Shown here: positions 1 to 8,399 of the stretch, one piece after another
Numbering within the stretch: position 1 is the stretch's first letter
Layout of the letters: the number at the start of each line of letters is the position of its first letter
NCBI GenBank assembly: GCA_001773695.1
Contig: MEXN01000007.1
Coordinates: 115,204-179,203, forward strand
DNA length: 64,000 nucleotides
Direction: 5' to 3'
Origin: Candidatus Amesbacteria bacterium RIFCSPLOWO2_01_FULL_48_25
Lineage (GTDB): Bacteria > Patescibacteriota > Microgenomatia > CAZETR01 > Amesbacteraceae
The notes under the pieces: model-generated
Seen by the model: the letters and a program-made list of their open reading frames with translations, nothing else
What the model was told of the DNA's origin: nothing
Database searches by the model: none
Program-made: the position numbers and the translations under genes

Positions 1-1
1 G

Positions 2-520
2 GGGGCTAAGCTGACGGTGGAAATCAGATCCCAGCATATAATTACCCAAAATGTGACGGTGGATGGAAACGGCGATTTTTCGGTGAGTGTGCCCAAAGAT
101 ATTGAGCCTGGAGAGCATACCATATCCATTTCTGCGGTAATAAACGGGGTTGTGAAAAAAGTGACCCGGACGTTTACTGTTTATGCTATCGGGGAAAGTA
201 ATTTGCCGGCGTTTTCGGCAACACCTTCGGCAACTTTAGTGCCCACTGCCAGGCCGTCCCCCACCTCCACGCCGACACCGACCATAAAGCCCTCCCCCAC
301 ACTGAAGCCGTCCCCGACTCCAACGACTGTGCCTGGAACTACCGTGACGCCCACACTTCGACCTACGGCTACTCCCACACTTGGCCCCACAATTGCCCCG
401 TCTCCGACTCCAATGCCGGTAATTCCTCCGACTGGGAATGATTTGCCGACTTGGATTGTAGTAATTGCTGGCATGCTATTGGTTATAGGCGGGACGCATT
501 TGTACCGAAAAGCGGGTTAG
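2..520 (+). CDS. Surface protein, 3' part (Ig-like segment, Pro/Thr linker, LPXTG-like sorting signal); 5'-truncated by window edge
   Basis: Frame open to the window start; PT-rich linker; C-terminal IPPTG + hydrophobic helix + RK tail. Confidence 0.75.
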   Translation, partial: GAKLTVEIRSQHIITQNVTVDGNGDFSVSVPKDIEPGEHTISISAVINGVVKKVTRTFTVYAIGESNLPAFSATPSATLVPTARPSPTSTPTPTIKPSPTLKPSPTPTTVPGTTVTPTLRPTATPTLGPTIAPSPTPMPVIPPTGNDLPTWIVVIAGMLLVIGGTHLYRKAG

Positions 521-526
521 GCTACA

Positions 527-1087
527 ATGCGGCAAGTGAAAAAGCTGCGAGTGGGACTAGACTTCGACGGGGTTGTAGCCTACAACCCATTCAGAGTGGT
601 CAGGGCGCCTATTAAGTGGTTTAAGAGAGAAATTTTGGGGATCCGCCGCTTAACTTTTTTCGTGCCAAAAAACTGGTGGCAGAGATTTTTGTGGTCTATT
701 GTTCATGAGTCAAGTATTTGGCCAGCGACAGGAGTGGATCTTTTGAGGATTATGGCCCAAAACCCGCATTTTGAATTCCATTTGATTACGGCTAGGTTTG
801 GATTTTTGAAAGGCAACCTCTACAATTGGCTAGAAAAAAACGACTTAAAAGACATTTTTAAGACGATCAATGTTAACGAGAATTATGAACAGCCGCATGA
901 GTATAAGTTGAGGGTAGTGAAACAACTGCAACTAGATTATTACGTGGAAGATAATTTGGATGTGGTGGTTTTCTTACGGGATAAGGCGAGGGGGAAGGTT
1001 TTTTGGATTTATAACTTCATGGACGTGCGCCACCCGTATCCCCACAAATTCCCCTATCTGAAAAGGGCTCTGGAAGAAATTAAATGA
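527..1087 (+). CDS. HAD-superfamily hydrolase (5'-nucleotidase-like)
   Basis: Motif I VGLDFDGVV and motif IV-like YYVEDN. Confidence 0.7.
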   Translation: MRQVKKLRVGLDFDGVVAYNPFRVVRAPIKWFKREILGIRRLTFFVPKNWWQRFLWSIVHESSIWPATGVDLLRIMAQNPHFEFHLITARFGFLKGNLYNWLEKNDLKDIFKTINVNENYEQPHEYKLRVVKQLQLDYYVEDNLDVVVFLRDKARGKVFWIYNFMDVRHPYPHKFPYLKRALEEIK

Positions 1088-2169
1088 GAGTTTTGTTTTC
1101 AATCACGTATTACACACCCTATGTCTCCGGACTGACAATCTATGTAAAAAGACTGGCCGAAGAACTGGTCAAGAGAGGCCATGAATGTACGGTATTGTGC
1201 ATGCGGCATGACAACAACTTGGCTGATTCGGAGACGATCAACGGCGTCAGAATAGTTAGAGCTAATCCCCTATTTAGAATCAGTAAGGGATTCATCTCCT
1301 GGGAGTGGGTAGTCAAATCCTGGTTGCTAACAAAATCGGCAGACGTAACGATTGTAAACTTGCCTCAGGCGGAAGGGTGGATGCCGGCCATGATGACAAG
1401 GAATAAAGTGGTCGCGATATACCACTGTGAAATCGACTTGCCGAATAGGTTCATCCAAGCAGTCCTGGAGGGACTGAACTGGCTAACCCTGGCAGTAGCT
1501 GACAAGGTGATCACTTATACAGAAGACTACGGCAAGCACAGCAGGTTGTTAAAAAGGTTTTTAAACAAAACTAAATATATCTACCCGCCGATTCCGATTC
1601 CTAAGACCACAGACTTGGGGATTAAAAAACCAAAAGGGGAGACGTGGATCGGGGTGGCGGCGAGATTGGCCCAAGAGAAGGGGATTGAATATCTAATCGG
1701 AGCGTTGCCACTGTTAAAAAATTGTAAGATTGTTGTTGCCGGGCCTGTGGAACCGGTGGGAGAAGAGGAATATAAAAATAGGATTATGAAATTAGTTGAA
1801 AAACATAAAGATAGGGTCAGATTCTTGGGGACGATTGATCCGGAAAAGATGGGCGGGTTTTATAAATTAATTGACGTCTTGGTATTACCGTCGGTAAATT
1901 CGACCGAGGCATTCGGCATGGTTCAGGTCGAGGCAATGATGATGGGGGTGCCAGTTGTCGCTACTGACTTACCGGGCGTCCGAGTACCGATTCTAAAAAC
2001 TGAAATGGGTGAAGTTGTGCCGATTAGAAATCCCCAAGCATTGGCAAGTGCCATTGTTAAGGTTTTAAAGACCGGAAGTTACTTTGCAAAACACAGGGAT
2101 GTCGTGCTAACCGAGTTTAATATTAACAAAACAACAGCTTCATGGGAAAATCTACTCAATGAGATTTAG
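1084..2169 (+). CDS. Glycosyltransferase family 4
   Basis: N-terminal YYTPYVSGL, RLAQEKG, EAFGMVQVEAM (ExFG-x4-E) motif. Confidence 0.92.
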   Translation: MRVLFSITYYTPYVSGLTIYVKRLAEELVKRGHECTVLCMRHDNNLADSETINGVRIVRANPLFRISKGFISWEWVVKSWLLTKSADVTIVNLPQAEGWMPAMMTRNKVVAIYHCEIDLPNRFIQAVLEGLNWLTLAVADKVITYTEDYGKHSRLLKRFLNKTKYIYPPIPIPKTTDLGIKKPKGETWIGVAARLAQEKGIEYLIGALPLLKNCKIVVAGPVEPVGEEEYKNRIMKLVEKHKDRVRFLGTIDPEKMGGFYKLIDVLVLPSVNSTEAFGMVQVEAMMMGVPVVATDLPGVRVPILKTEMGEVVPIRNPQALASAIVKVLKTGSYFAKHRDVVLTEFNINKTTASWENLLNEI

Positions 2170-2817
2170 GCTCAATAGAATTTTTTATTACTTGAGGTCT
2201 GTTTTTGTGATATTAAAAGAGGTTCCGCCCAAATCATGGCTTGGTCTGTTAAGAAAGAGGGTTTATTTAAGACGCTTTGGGATCAGGCTGGACATTTTAA
2301 ACTTCCTGGACTTGTTGGTGATTAAAGAGGTCGTTGTAGATGACGAATATAGGATTGGCGGCCTAGTTGGCAAGGTCGATAAAAAGATAATTGATATAGG
2401 AGCTGGCCTGGGTGACTGTTCAATTTTAGTAGCGAAGCGTTTTCCCAACTCTATCATTTATTCATTTGAGCCAGATATAAACTATTTTAATTTGTTGAGG
2501 AATAACATTGACCTAAACGGAACTTATAATATTGTTCCCATAAACGCCGCCATTAGTTCATTGAACGACTTATTCACACACACACACACACTAACGTTGA
2601 TGTGTTGAAAATTGACTGTGAAGGTTGTGAGTTTTCAATATTAAAACGTGGATTTAGATATTTAAAAAGGATTAAGAAAATCACCATGGAATATCACAAT
2701 AAATTTGGAGATGTGGATAAGCTGGTCGATTTACTAAAGAAGGCTAAATTCAGCGTGATCCAAATACCTACAGTTGGAGTTCCACAAATAGGTCATATTT
2801 ATGCGTCGCTAAAATGA
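2159..2817 (+). pseudogene. FkbM-family methyltransferase split by a frameshift at a (CA)8 tract (ORFs 2159-2608 and 2602-2817)
   Basis: IIDIGAGLG and SFEP in ORF1; LKIDCEGCE and MEYH in ORF2; removing one CA unit fuses them. Confidence 0.85.
2575..2590 (+). repeat. (CA)8 dinucleotide microsatellite
   Basis: cacacacacacacaca read directly. Confidence 0.95.
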
Positions 2818-3566
2818 AAAAGTACCTAGAATACTATCTAAGATATCGCCCTTTGTTCTTGTCTTTAATCAGAGCCAAGGAGGCTTGGCTGTGGCAGAAA
2901 TATTTACCTCTTAAAAGGCCTGTTTTGGACTTGGGGTGCGGCGATGGGTTTTTTGCAAAAATTACTTTTGGTCACCTGGACATTGGGCTGGATGTCAAAG
3001 AGAGTCGGATTAATGAAGTTAAAGATGGGACTTATAAAAAATTGGTTGTTTACGATGGTCACAAATTTCCCCTAAAGTCGGGGTCGGTAAATACAGTGGT
3101 GAGTAACTGTGTTTTAGAACATATTGAAAATTTGGACGAGGTGTTAAAAGAAGTTTGGCGGGTGCTTAAGCCGGGAGGGGGTTTTTTGACGACAGTGATG
3201 GCCAAACCATGGGAAGAAAATTTGGCGGGAAGTCTACTTCTGGGTAATACATATAAAGCCTGGATGAAGAAAAAACAGGTGCACTTTAATTTATTAGACA
3301 GCGAAGAGTGGAATGGGGAGTTTAAAAAAGCGGGGTTTAAAATTGAGGAGGAAATCGGGTATTTATCCCCTGCAGCCTGTAAGCTAATAGATATCTGCCA
3401 TTATTTGTCCCTGCCGAGTCTGGTTTTATATACTCTGACTGGAAAATGGGTTTTGGGACTGGAACACAAGCTTTATCCAGTAGATTGGTTGGTTAAAGAA
3501 ATTACTGAAAACGCGGAATCGGAAAAATCCGGAGCTATTTTTTTTGAATTAGTTAAACGTGATTAA
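2814..3566 (+). CDS. Class I SAM-dependent methyltransferase
   Basis: VLDLGCGDG, VLEHI, RVLKPGG. Confidence 0.9.
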   Translation: MKKYLEYYLRYRPLFLSLIRAKEAWLWQKYLPLKRPVLDLGCGDGFFAKITFGHLDIGLDVKESRINEVKDGTYKKLVVYDGHKFPLKSGSVNTVVSNCVLEHIENLDEVLKEVWRVLKPGGGFLTTVMAKPWEENLAGSLLLGNTYKAWMKKKQVHFNLLDSEEWNGEFKKAGFKIEEEIGYLSPAACKLIDICHYLSLPSLVLYTLTGKWVLGLEHKLYPVDWLVKEITENAESEKSGAIFFELVKRD

Positions 3567-5148
3567 TCATTTGAAAAAATTGTATACGGTTTCTGGGTTT
3601 GTTGTTTTTGCGTGCATCTCGCTTTTGGACATGTTGGCTTTAAAGAGTCCTTTAGCTGGAAAGGCCGGGGTTGTTTTCTGGCTTTTATCGTTTTCTTATT
3701 TGGGAGTGCTTTGGGGATATTGTTTATTTACTATTCTTAGAAGGTTTAGGGCTCATATTGTTACGATTCTCTCGCTAGTGATAATGGTTGGGTTGGTTTT
3801 AATGAACACATCTAATCCTAGAAATGTAAGTGGAGAAACTACACAAGAGATAAATTGCGCCATGCGACTTTTGAAAACGACAGACCTTGGTTTTCATCAG
3901 ACTTGTCTTTTTGGCTATCCAGCCCGCCAGTTCTTTTTGCCCGCCCTTCCTTCAATCATCTGGGGGAGATCTCTTACTGCTTTGAATCTTGGGGGTGGTC
4001 TATACTTCGTTTTGGGAATAGTGATTTTTTCTTCTGGTGTCCTCAAATTTCTTGATAAGTCTGGGTCTGGCGACTTAATCAACGGCATACTAATGGCTTC
4101 AATCTATCACTTTCACTATTTCAATCATTTCATGTTTTATTACGAACAAAGCGTTTTTCCCCTCAGCCTGGGTCTTATTGTTGTCGGAACACTCTTGCAC
4201 TACTTGGCCACTCATAGCCAGATATTTTTGGTTCTGCTGGCTTTTTCGCTGCTATACCTCATATTTTCATACACTCCTAGCCTGGCATTAGTTTTTCTCG
4301 TTATTGGCGGTTTGTTATATCTTGTTTTCTCACCCAAACATAAGTGGAGTGAAAAGATTCTCTTAATGGCCTTGGTAAATTCGCTTTTATTTTCACTTCT
4401 ATTGTCAACAAAATTCAGGTCTGATATCAACATTTTCTCCCCTCAAACTAGAGGTTCGGAGGAGCTTGTTTCTGACCTCAAACAGGCTTTCTATCTCCTG
4501 GTATTTCAAAAAGGGGGGGTGGTTTTTGTGTCGCCCATGTTTAACTTTGTGTTTGTTTCTATTGTTGTTATGTCATTATTGTTTGTTTTTGGCAATAGAG
4601 TCTTTGTCATCGGATTGTGGATGGTGGCTACGATAGTTATTTCGGTGATTGCCAAGGGGTACACGTACTATGGTGCCGATTTCCGGTTGCATCGAGCCTT
4701 GGTAATAATTCCGATTTTTCTGAGTTTATTGGCGCTTGCGATTAAAAAGTTTCCCCGTAGGCACTTGTTCGTCTTGTGGCTCATTTTGTTGACCACTGGT
4801 TTAAGTGTCACGGGGACATATCTCAAGTCGAAATCTGTCAGCCAGCACTTTAATTTTATCCGCTGGATTCAGCATAATGTTCCGGTAACGAAACTGCAGA
4901 TGGCTCGTAATTTGTATGTAACCACCGGGCCCACTCGGATCGAAAATCTAATTTCGTTCAACGACACCCTCCAATATTTCATCCCCCGACTCACCGCGGT
5001 CACCAATTACGATTGTCAAACGCCAATTGAAAGTGGAGATTATTTAATTACCCTCGAAACTGAGTCCTGTGATCTCGAATCCTACAAAAAACTTGGCATG
5101 TTTCGAGCCAGCCCCGGAGCTGGCTTGGTGGTCTATGAAAAAAAATAG
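3559..5148 (+). CDS. Polytopic membrane protein, probable GT-C glycosyltransferase
   Basis: More than 10 hydrophobic segments; glycosylation-cluster context. Confidence 0.55.
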   Translation: MINHLKKLYTVSGFVVFACISLLDMLALKSPLAGKAGVVFWLLSFSYLGVLWGYCLFTILRRFRAHIVTILSLVIMVGLVLMNTSNPRNVSGETTQEINCAMRLLKTTDLGFHQTCLFGYPARQFFLPALPSIIWGRSLTALNLGGGLYFVLGIVIFSSGVLKFLDKSGSGDLINGILMASIYHFHYFNHFMFYYEQSVFPLSLGLIVVGTLLHYLATHSQIFLVLLAFSLLYLIFSYTPSLALVFLVIGGLLYLVFSPKHKWSEKILLMALVNSLLFSLLLSTKFRSDINIFSPQTRGSEELVSDLKQAFYLLVFQKGGVVFVSPMFNFVFVSIVVMSLLFVFGNRVFVIGLWMVATIVISVIAKGYTYYGADFRLHRALVIIPIFLSLLALAIKKFPRRHLFVLWLILLTTGLSVTGTYLKSKSVSQHFNFIRWIQHNVPVTKLQMARNLYVTTGPTRIENLISFNDTLQYFIPRLTAVTNYDCQTPIESGDYLITLETESCDLESYKKLGMFRASPGAGLVVYEKK

Positions 5149-5166
5149 CACCGGAAGAGTCAGGGG

Positions 5167-6813
5167 CTAAATTTTTTGTCTGCCAAAAATGATGGCTTTG
5201 GGGTGGTCGTAGACGGAAAGGGTTTCGTCGGCATAATCGTCGACAAAACTGATGCCCATTTGAGAGCAGTCCTGGAGAGGGCGGGCGGCTTTGCCATAGC
5301 TTATTCCAGGCGAGGTAAGACAGAGGTTAAACCCGGGAATGGGGATATTGGGGCGCGAAGTGAATTGGGCGATAGGGACAAATCCCAGCGAGCCATCGAA
5401 GAGCGATTTATAAAATTGATTGGTGGTGGGGTACTGCTCGGGGACAGTCATTATTGATCCATAAAGCCGGTTGCTCGAAAGCACAATATAGTCTACTTGC
5501 GACAGCCGAGATTGAATCAGTGACCATTTTTGGGGAGAGTCGGGGTCGTAGAGGGGGAATTCTACAAACTGAAAGTTGGGATGTCCTCCCCAGGGCAAGC
5601 AGTCGTCCCAATGCTCGCAGGAGATACGGCTGCCGGGGGGTAGATTTTCAGCTATCCACCGCGAAGCTTCTATCCGAGAGTGAGGGCGGGTATAAATACT
5701 TGTGAAAGAAAAAGGCCAAACTAAAATGAGAATAACGTATAACGTATTACGTATTACGGAGGAGGGGTGCAATATTTTGTAAGCCATAAATCCAGCAAAG
5801 ATAGCCAAAAATGGATAGACAGGATAGAAATAACGCAGGGGCTGGGCGTACTGGAAACTTTGATAGGTGAAAAGCAATAAGGCCCAGAAAAGGGCTAAAA
5901 AAGTGGGGGGGTGACGGTAGTGATAAATCAAAAGGTAAAAAAGACCAAAGATAACAAGCAAGCCCAGAGGAAGGCCTAGTCCCCAGAGGAGATTGTTTTC
6001 CAGAGAGTACCAGGAGGGGATATGGGTCCATTGAACTCCGGGGGGGTAATAGATATAGGGTTTATTGAACGAATTGAGCTGCTGCCAGTTGGCCAAGACT
6101 TTGGGGTTGAGGTGAAAGTTGTCTTGAAAAAGATAAGGCTGAGCGAGCCGAACAGTCAAGTAAAGAGTAATAGTGAATAGTAATAGAGAAAGGATCTTGG
6201 GCCGGGAAAAGATAAAACCCAGAGCGATGACGGGCAGGAATAAAAGGGCGGAGATTTTGGCAGCGACGGCTAATCCGAAAGCGATACCTAATAGTAAATA
6301 GCGTCTAGTGACTAGTGTATAGAAGGTAAGCGACAAGAAAAAGACGAGGAATGAATCGACGGCGAAGAAGTGAGAAAGCTGGATGGAGAGGACTGAAGAG
6401 GCGTAACCTAGTGCCCCCAAAACGGCGATAACACGCTTGCCAAACAGGCGAAAAGAAATCAAATAAACCAAAATCAATGTTCCCAGGTCAAAAACGGCGG
6501 AAATTGCCCGGCCGACGAGAGTAAGCTGGTTGTAGTCCCCTTTGCCTAAAAATTCGGCGATGAACTTGACGAATATTACTGGAAAAGTGCCGTAGACGTA
6601 GAAGCCGTAGCCGATGTTGTGGGGATTGAGGGGGGAGGTGGGCGTATTGAGATAATGAGAGAGATTTCGGGGCCAAGACATGGCATTGGCCACCATTGTC
6701 AGGAAGCGCTCGTCGGGATGGAGATGGCCGTTTTGATCCCAATTAAGGCCATAGAGACGAAGGCCAGCGGCCAAAAGGAAAATGACGGCCAAAACTTTTA
6801 GGTTGCGGGGCAT
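5167..6813 (-). CDS. ArnT/PMT-family (GT-C) glycosyltransferase
   Basis: LRLYGLNWD..HPDERF first loop, SHFFAVD, RYFYP, multi-TM. Confidence 0.8.
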   Translation of the reverse strand: MPRNLKVLAVIFLLAAGLRLYGLNWDQNGHLHPDERFLTMVANAMSWPRNLSHYLNTPTSPLNPHNIGYGFYVYGTFPVIFVKFIAEFLGKGDYNQLTLVGRAISAVFDLGTLILVYLISFRLFGKRVIAVLGALGYASSVLSIQLSHFFAVDSFLVFFLSLTFYTLVTRRYLLLGIAFGLAVAAKISALLFLPVIALGFIFSRPKILSLLLFTITLYLTVRLAQPYLFQDNFHLNPKVLANWQQLNSFNKPYIYYPPGVQWTHIPSWYSLENNLLWGLGLPLGLLVIFGLFYLLIYHYRHPPTFLALFWALLLFTYQSFQYAQPLRYFYPVYPFLAIFAGFMAYKILHPSSVIRNTLYVILILVWPFSFTSIYTRPHSRIEASRWIAENLPPGSRISCEHWDDCLPWGGHPNFQFVEFPLYDPDSPQKWSLIQSRLSQVDYIVLSSNRLYGSIMTVPEQYPTTNQFYKSLFDGSLGFVPIAQFTSRPNIPIPGFNLCLTSPGISYGKAARPLQDCSQMGISFVDDYADETLSVYDHPKAIIFGRQKI

Positions 6814-8378
6814 ATGTGGGAAACATTATAAATACTGACTCCGGTCGTAGGGTTGTGATATTGGGGAGAAAAATTGTTTTTCCACAAGTTCCAGTTGGGG
6901 AAGATAAAATTTTCTGGGCGGTTGTTGAGCTCGACAAAAGAGATATTATTCCGGTGTAGCAATCGGCAGGCGGTAATGGAATCCGGGGCACGGTAAATAG
7001 CTAACGCCTGATACTCGCGGGTGGCTTGGTCGTAGCCAAATGACCAGGTGAAGTAGGAATAGCCGTTGAATATTTTACGGCCCGCTAGTGACGCGGGGTG
7101 GTAAAACCAAGTGCTGTTTAAGACAATGGAATCGGGTAGAGTATTTTTTTGGAAATATTGGGCGTCAGGGTTGACGGTAATATCCGGTAAGTGGAAATAA
7201 AAATCATTTTTGACGGGGAAGAAATCTACAATTCCACCCAGAACCAGGAGGGGGAGCAGAAGCAAAAGAGGTTTAATTTTAACCAGGACGTAGGCCGTGA
7301 ACATGGATCCGATGATGAGGAAGAAATTGAAAAATTTATGGTTGTTGATAATGTCGGTAGAAAATTTAATAAGATTGGGGGCAATAAATAGGACGAGCAG
7401 AGGGAAGATTAACTTCCTGGCCTGTTTGGGAGCCATTAAAAATCCCAAGGGGATGAATACGAGATGCAGGCCAATGTTTAGAAACCAGAAGCGCAAAAAG
7501 TTCGACCAGATAACGGGGGGCTTGGTAAGGAATCCCAAATACCAGGCGAGTTGAGAAGTGTCGTTGGATATCAAACGGCTAAAAAACAGCCAGGGAACGG
7601 CGCCGACGGCCGAAAGCAGCAATGGTGTCCTGAGCTTGGGCTGGAAGATAAAATAACTGGCGGCAAATAAGGCGACGATGGCTAGGGCCGCTTGGTTGAG
7701 AAGGACTAGTGAGCCGGCGATAAAGCCAAATAAATATAGGTAGCGGCGATGGTTAAATTGCAATAAATAGATTAAAAGCAAAGCTATAGCAAAGGATAGA
7801 CCTAGGTGGCGCTGGTTAGTGTAAATATTTAGGTTCCAGAAGGCAGTAATTGCCGAACCGTTCCAAGGGCCGAAAGAAGGGAATTGAGTAAGAGATGCTA
7901 GATTAGAGATGCTAGATATTAGATTAAAATTATTGGATTTCAAATAATCCAGCCAGGAGAGGGAGGAGTTGAAGAGAAAAAAAATGACAGATAAGTAAGC
8001 GGTTAGGCGGCTTGTGAATAGACGATAGGTAAAGAGCCAAATCATTATTGTCAGGAGAAAAAATCCAATGGCGCTATTTAGATTCAGGGCCCAGTCTATA
8101 GGCATCCCCAACCGTTCAAAGATGCCGGCTACGAAGTAAAAAAGGAAGTGGTAACGAGTCGGTTCGCCGGGGAATAGGGGGGATTGGGGAGGCCAGTTTG
8201 ATCCCAAAGAGAAAGAGCGAATTTGAGGTAAGTGGCTCCCAAAATCGCTCCAGTACTTGGCAGATATGAGAATATTGTGAGTCGTGGTGTCATAAGACAA
8301 GGTATGCCACATGAGCCAGAAGGAGAAAAAAAGAAGTATGAGGAAGAACGTATAACGTATAACGAGATATTTTGGCAT
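6798..8378 (-). CDS. Polytopic membrane protein, GT-C-like
   Basis: WSDFGSHL loop, RYHFLF, many TM helices, soluble C-terminal domain. Confidence 0.6.
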   Translation of the reverse strand: MPKYLVIRYTFFLILLFFSFWLMWHTLSYDTTTHNILISAKYWSDFGSHLPQIRSFSLGSNWPPQSPLFPGEPTRYHFLFYFVAGIFERLGMPIDWALNLNSAIGFFLLTIMIWLFTYRLFTSRLTAYLSVIFFLFNSSLSWLDYLKSNNFNLISSISNLASLTQFPSFGPWNGSAITAFWNLNIYTNQRHLGLSFAIALLLIYLLQFNHRRYLYLFGFIAGSLVLLNQAALAIVALFAASYFIFQPKLRTPLLLSAVGAVPWLFFSRLISNDTSQLAWYLGFLTKPPVIWSNFLRFWFLNIGLHLVFIPLGFLMAPKQARKLIFPLLVLFIAPNLIKFSTDIINNHKFFNFFLIIGSMFTAYVLVKIKPLLLLLPLLVLGGIVDFFPVKNDFYFHLPDITVNPDAQYFQKNTLPDSIVLNSTWFYHPASLAGRKIFNGYSYFTWSFGYDQATREYQALAIYRAPDSITACRLLHRNNISFVELNNRPENFIFPNWNLWKNNFSPQYHNPTTGVSIYNVSHICPAT

Positions 8379-8384
8379 TTTTTA

Positions 8385-8392
8385 ATTATAAT
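8385..8392. promoter_or_regulatory. Bidirectional -10 element ATTATAAT for two divergent leaderless genes
   Basis: TATAAT on - (8385-8390) is 6 nt from ATG 8378; TATAAT on + (8387-8392) is 7 nt from GTG 8400. Confidence 0.7.
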
Positions 8393-8399
8393 CTACACT

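Noticed and set aside
210-430. Repetitive CCnACn sequence as a DNA repeat or CRISPR
   Set aside because: It encodes a Pro/Thr linker; no repeat-spacer array or cas gene was seen anywhere in the window
8232-8399. Long N-terminal extensions in the ORF track (8232, 13348, 21363, 21572, 23002, 36278, 52533, 60335)
   Set aside because: They overlap neighbours or promoters; downstream starts fit family N-termini and -10 spacing
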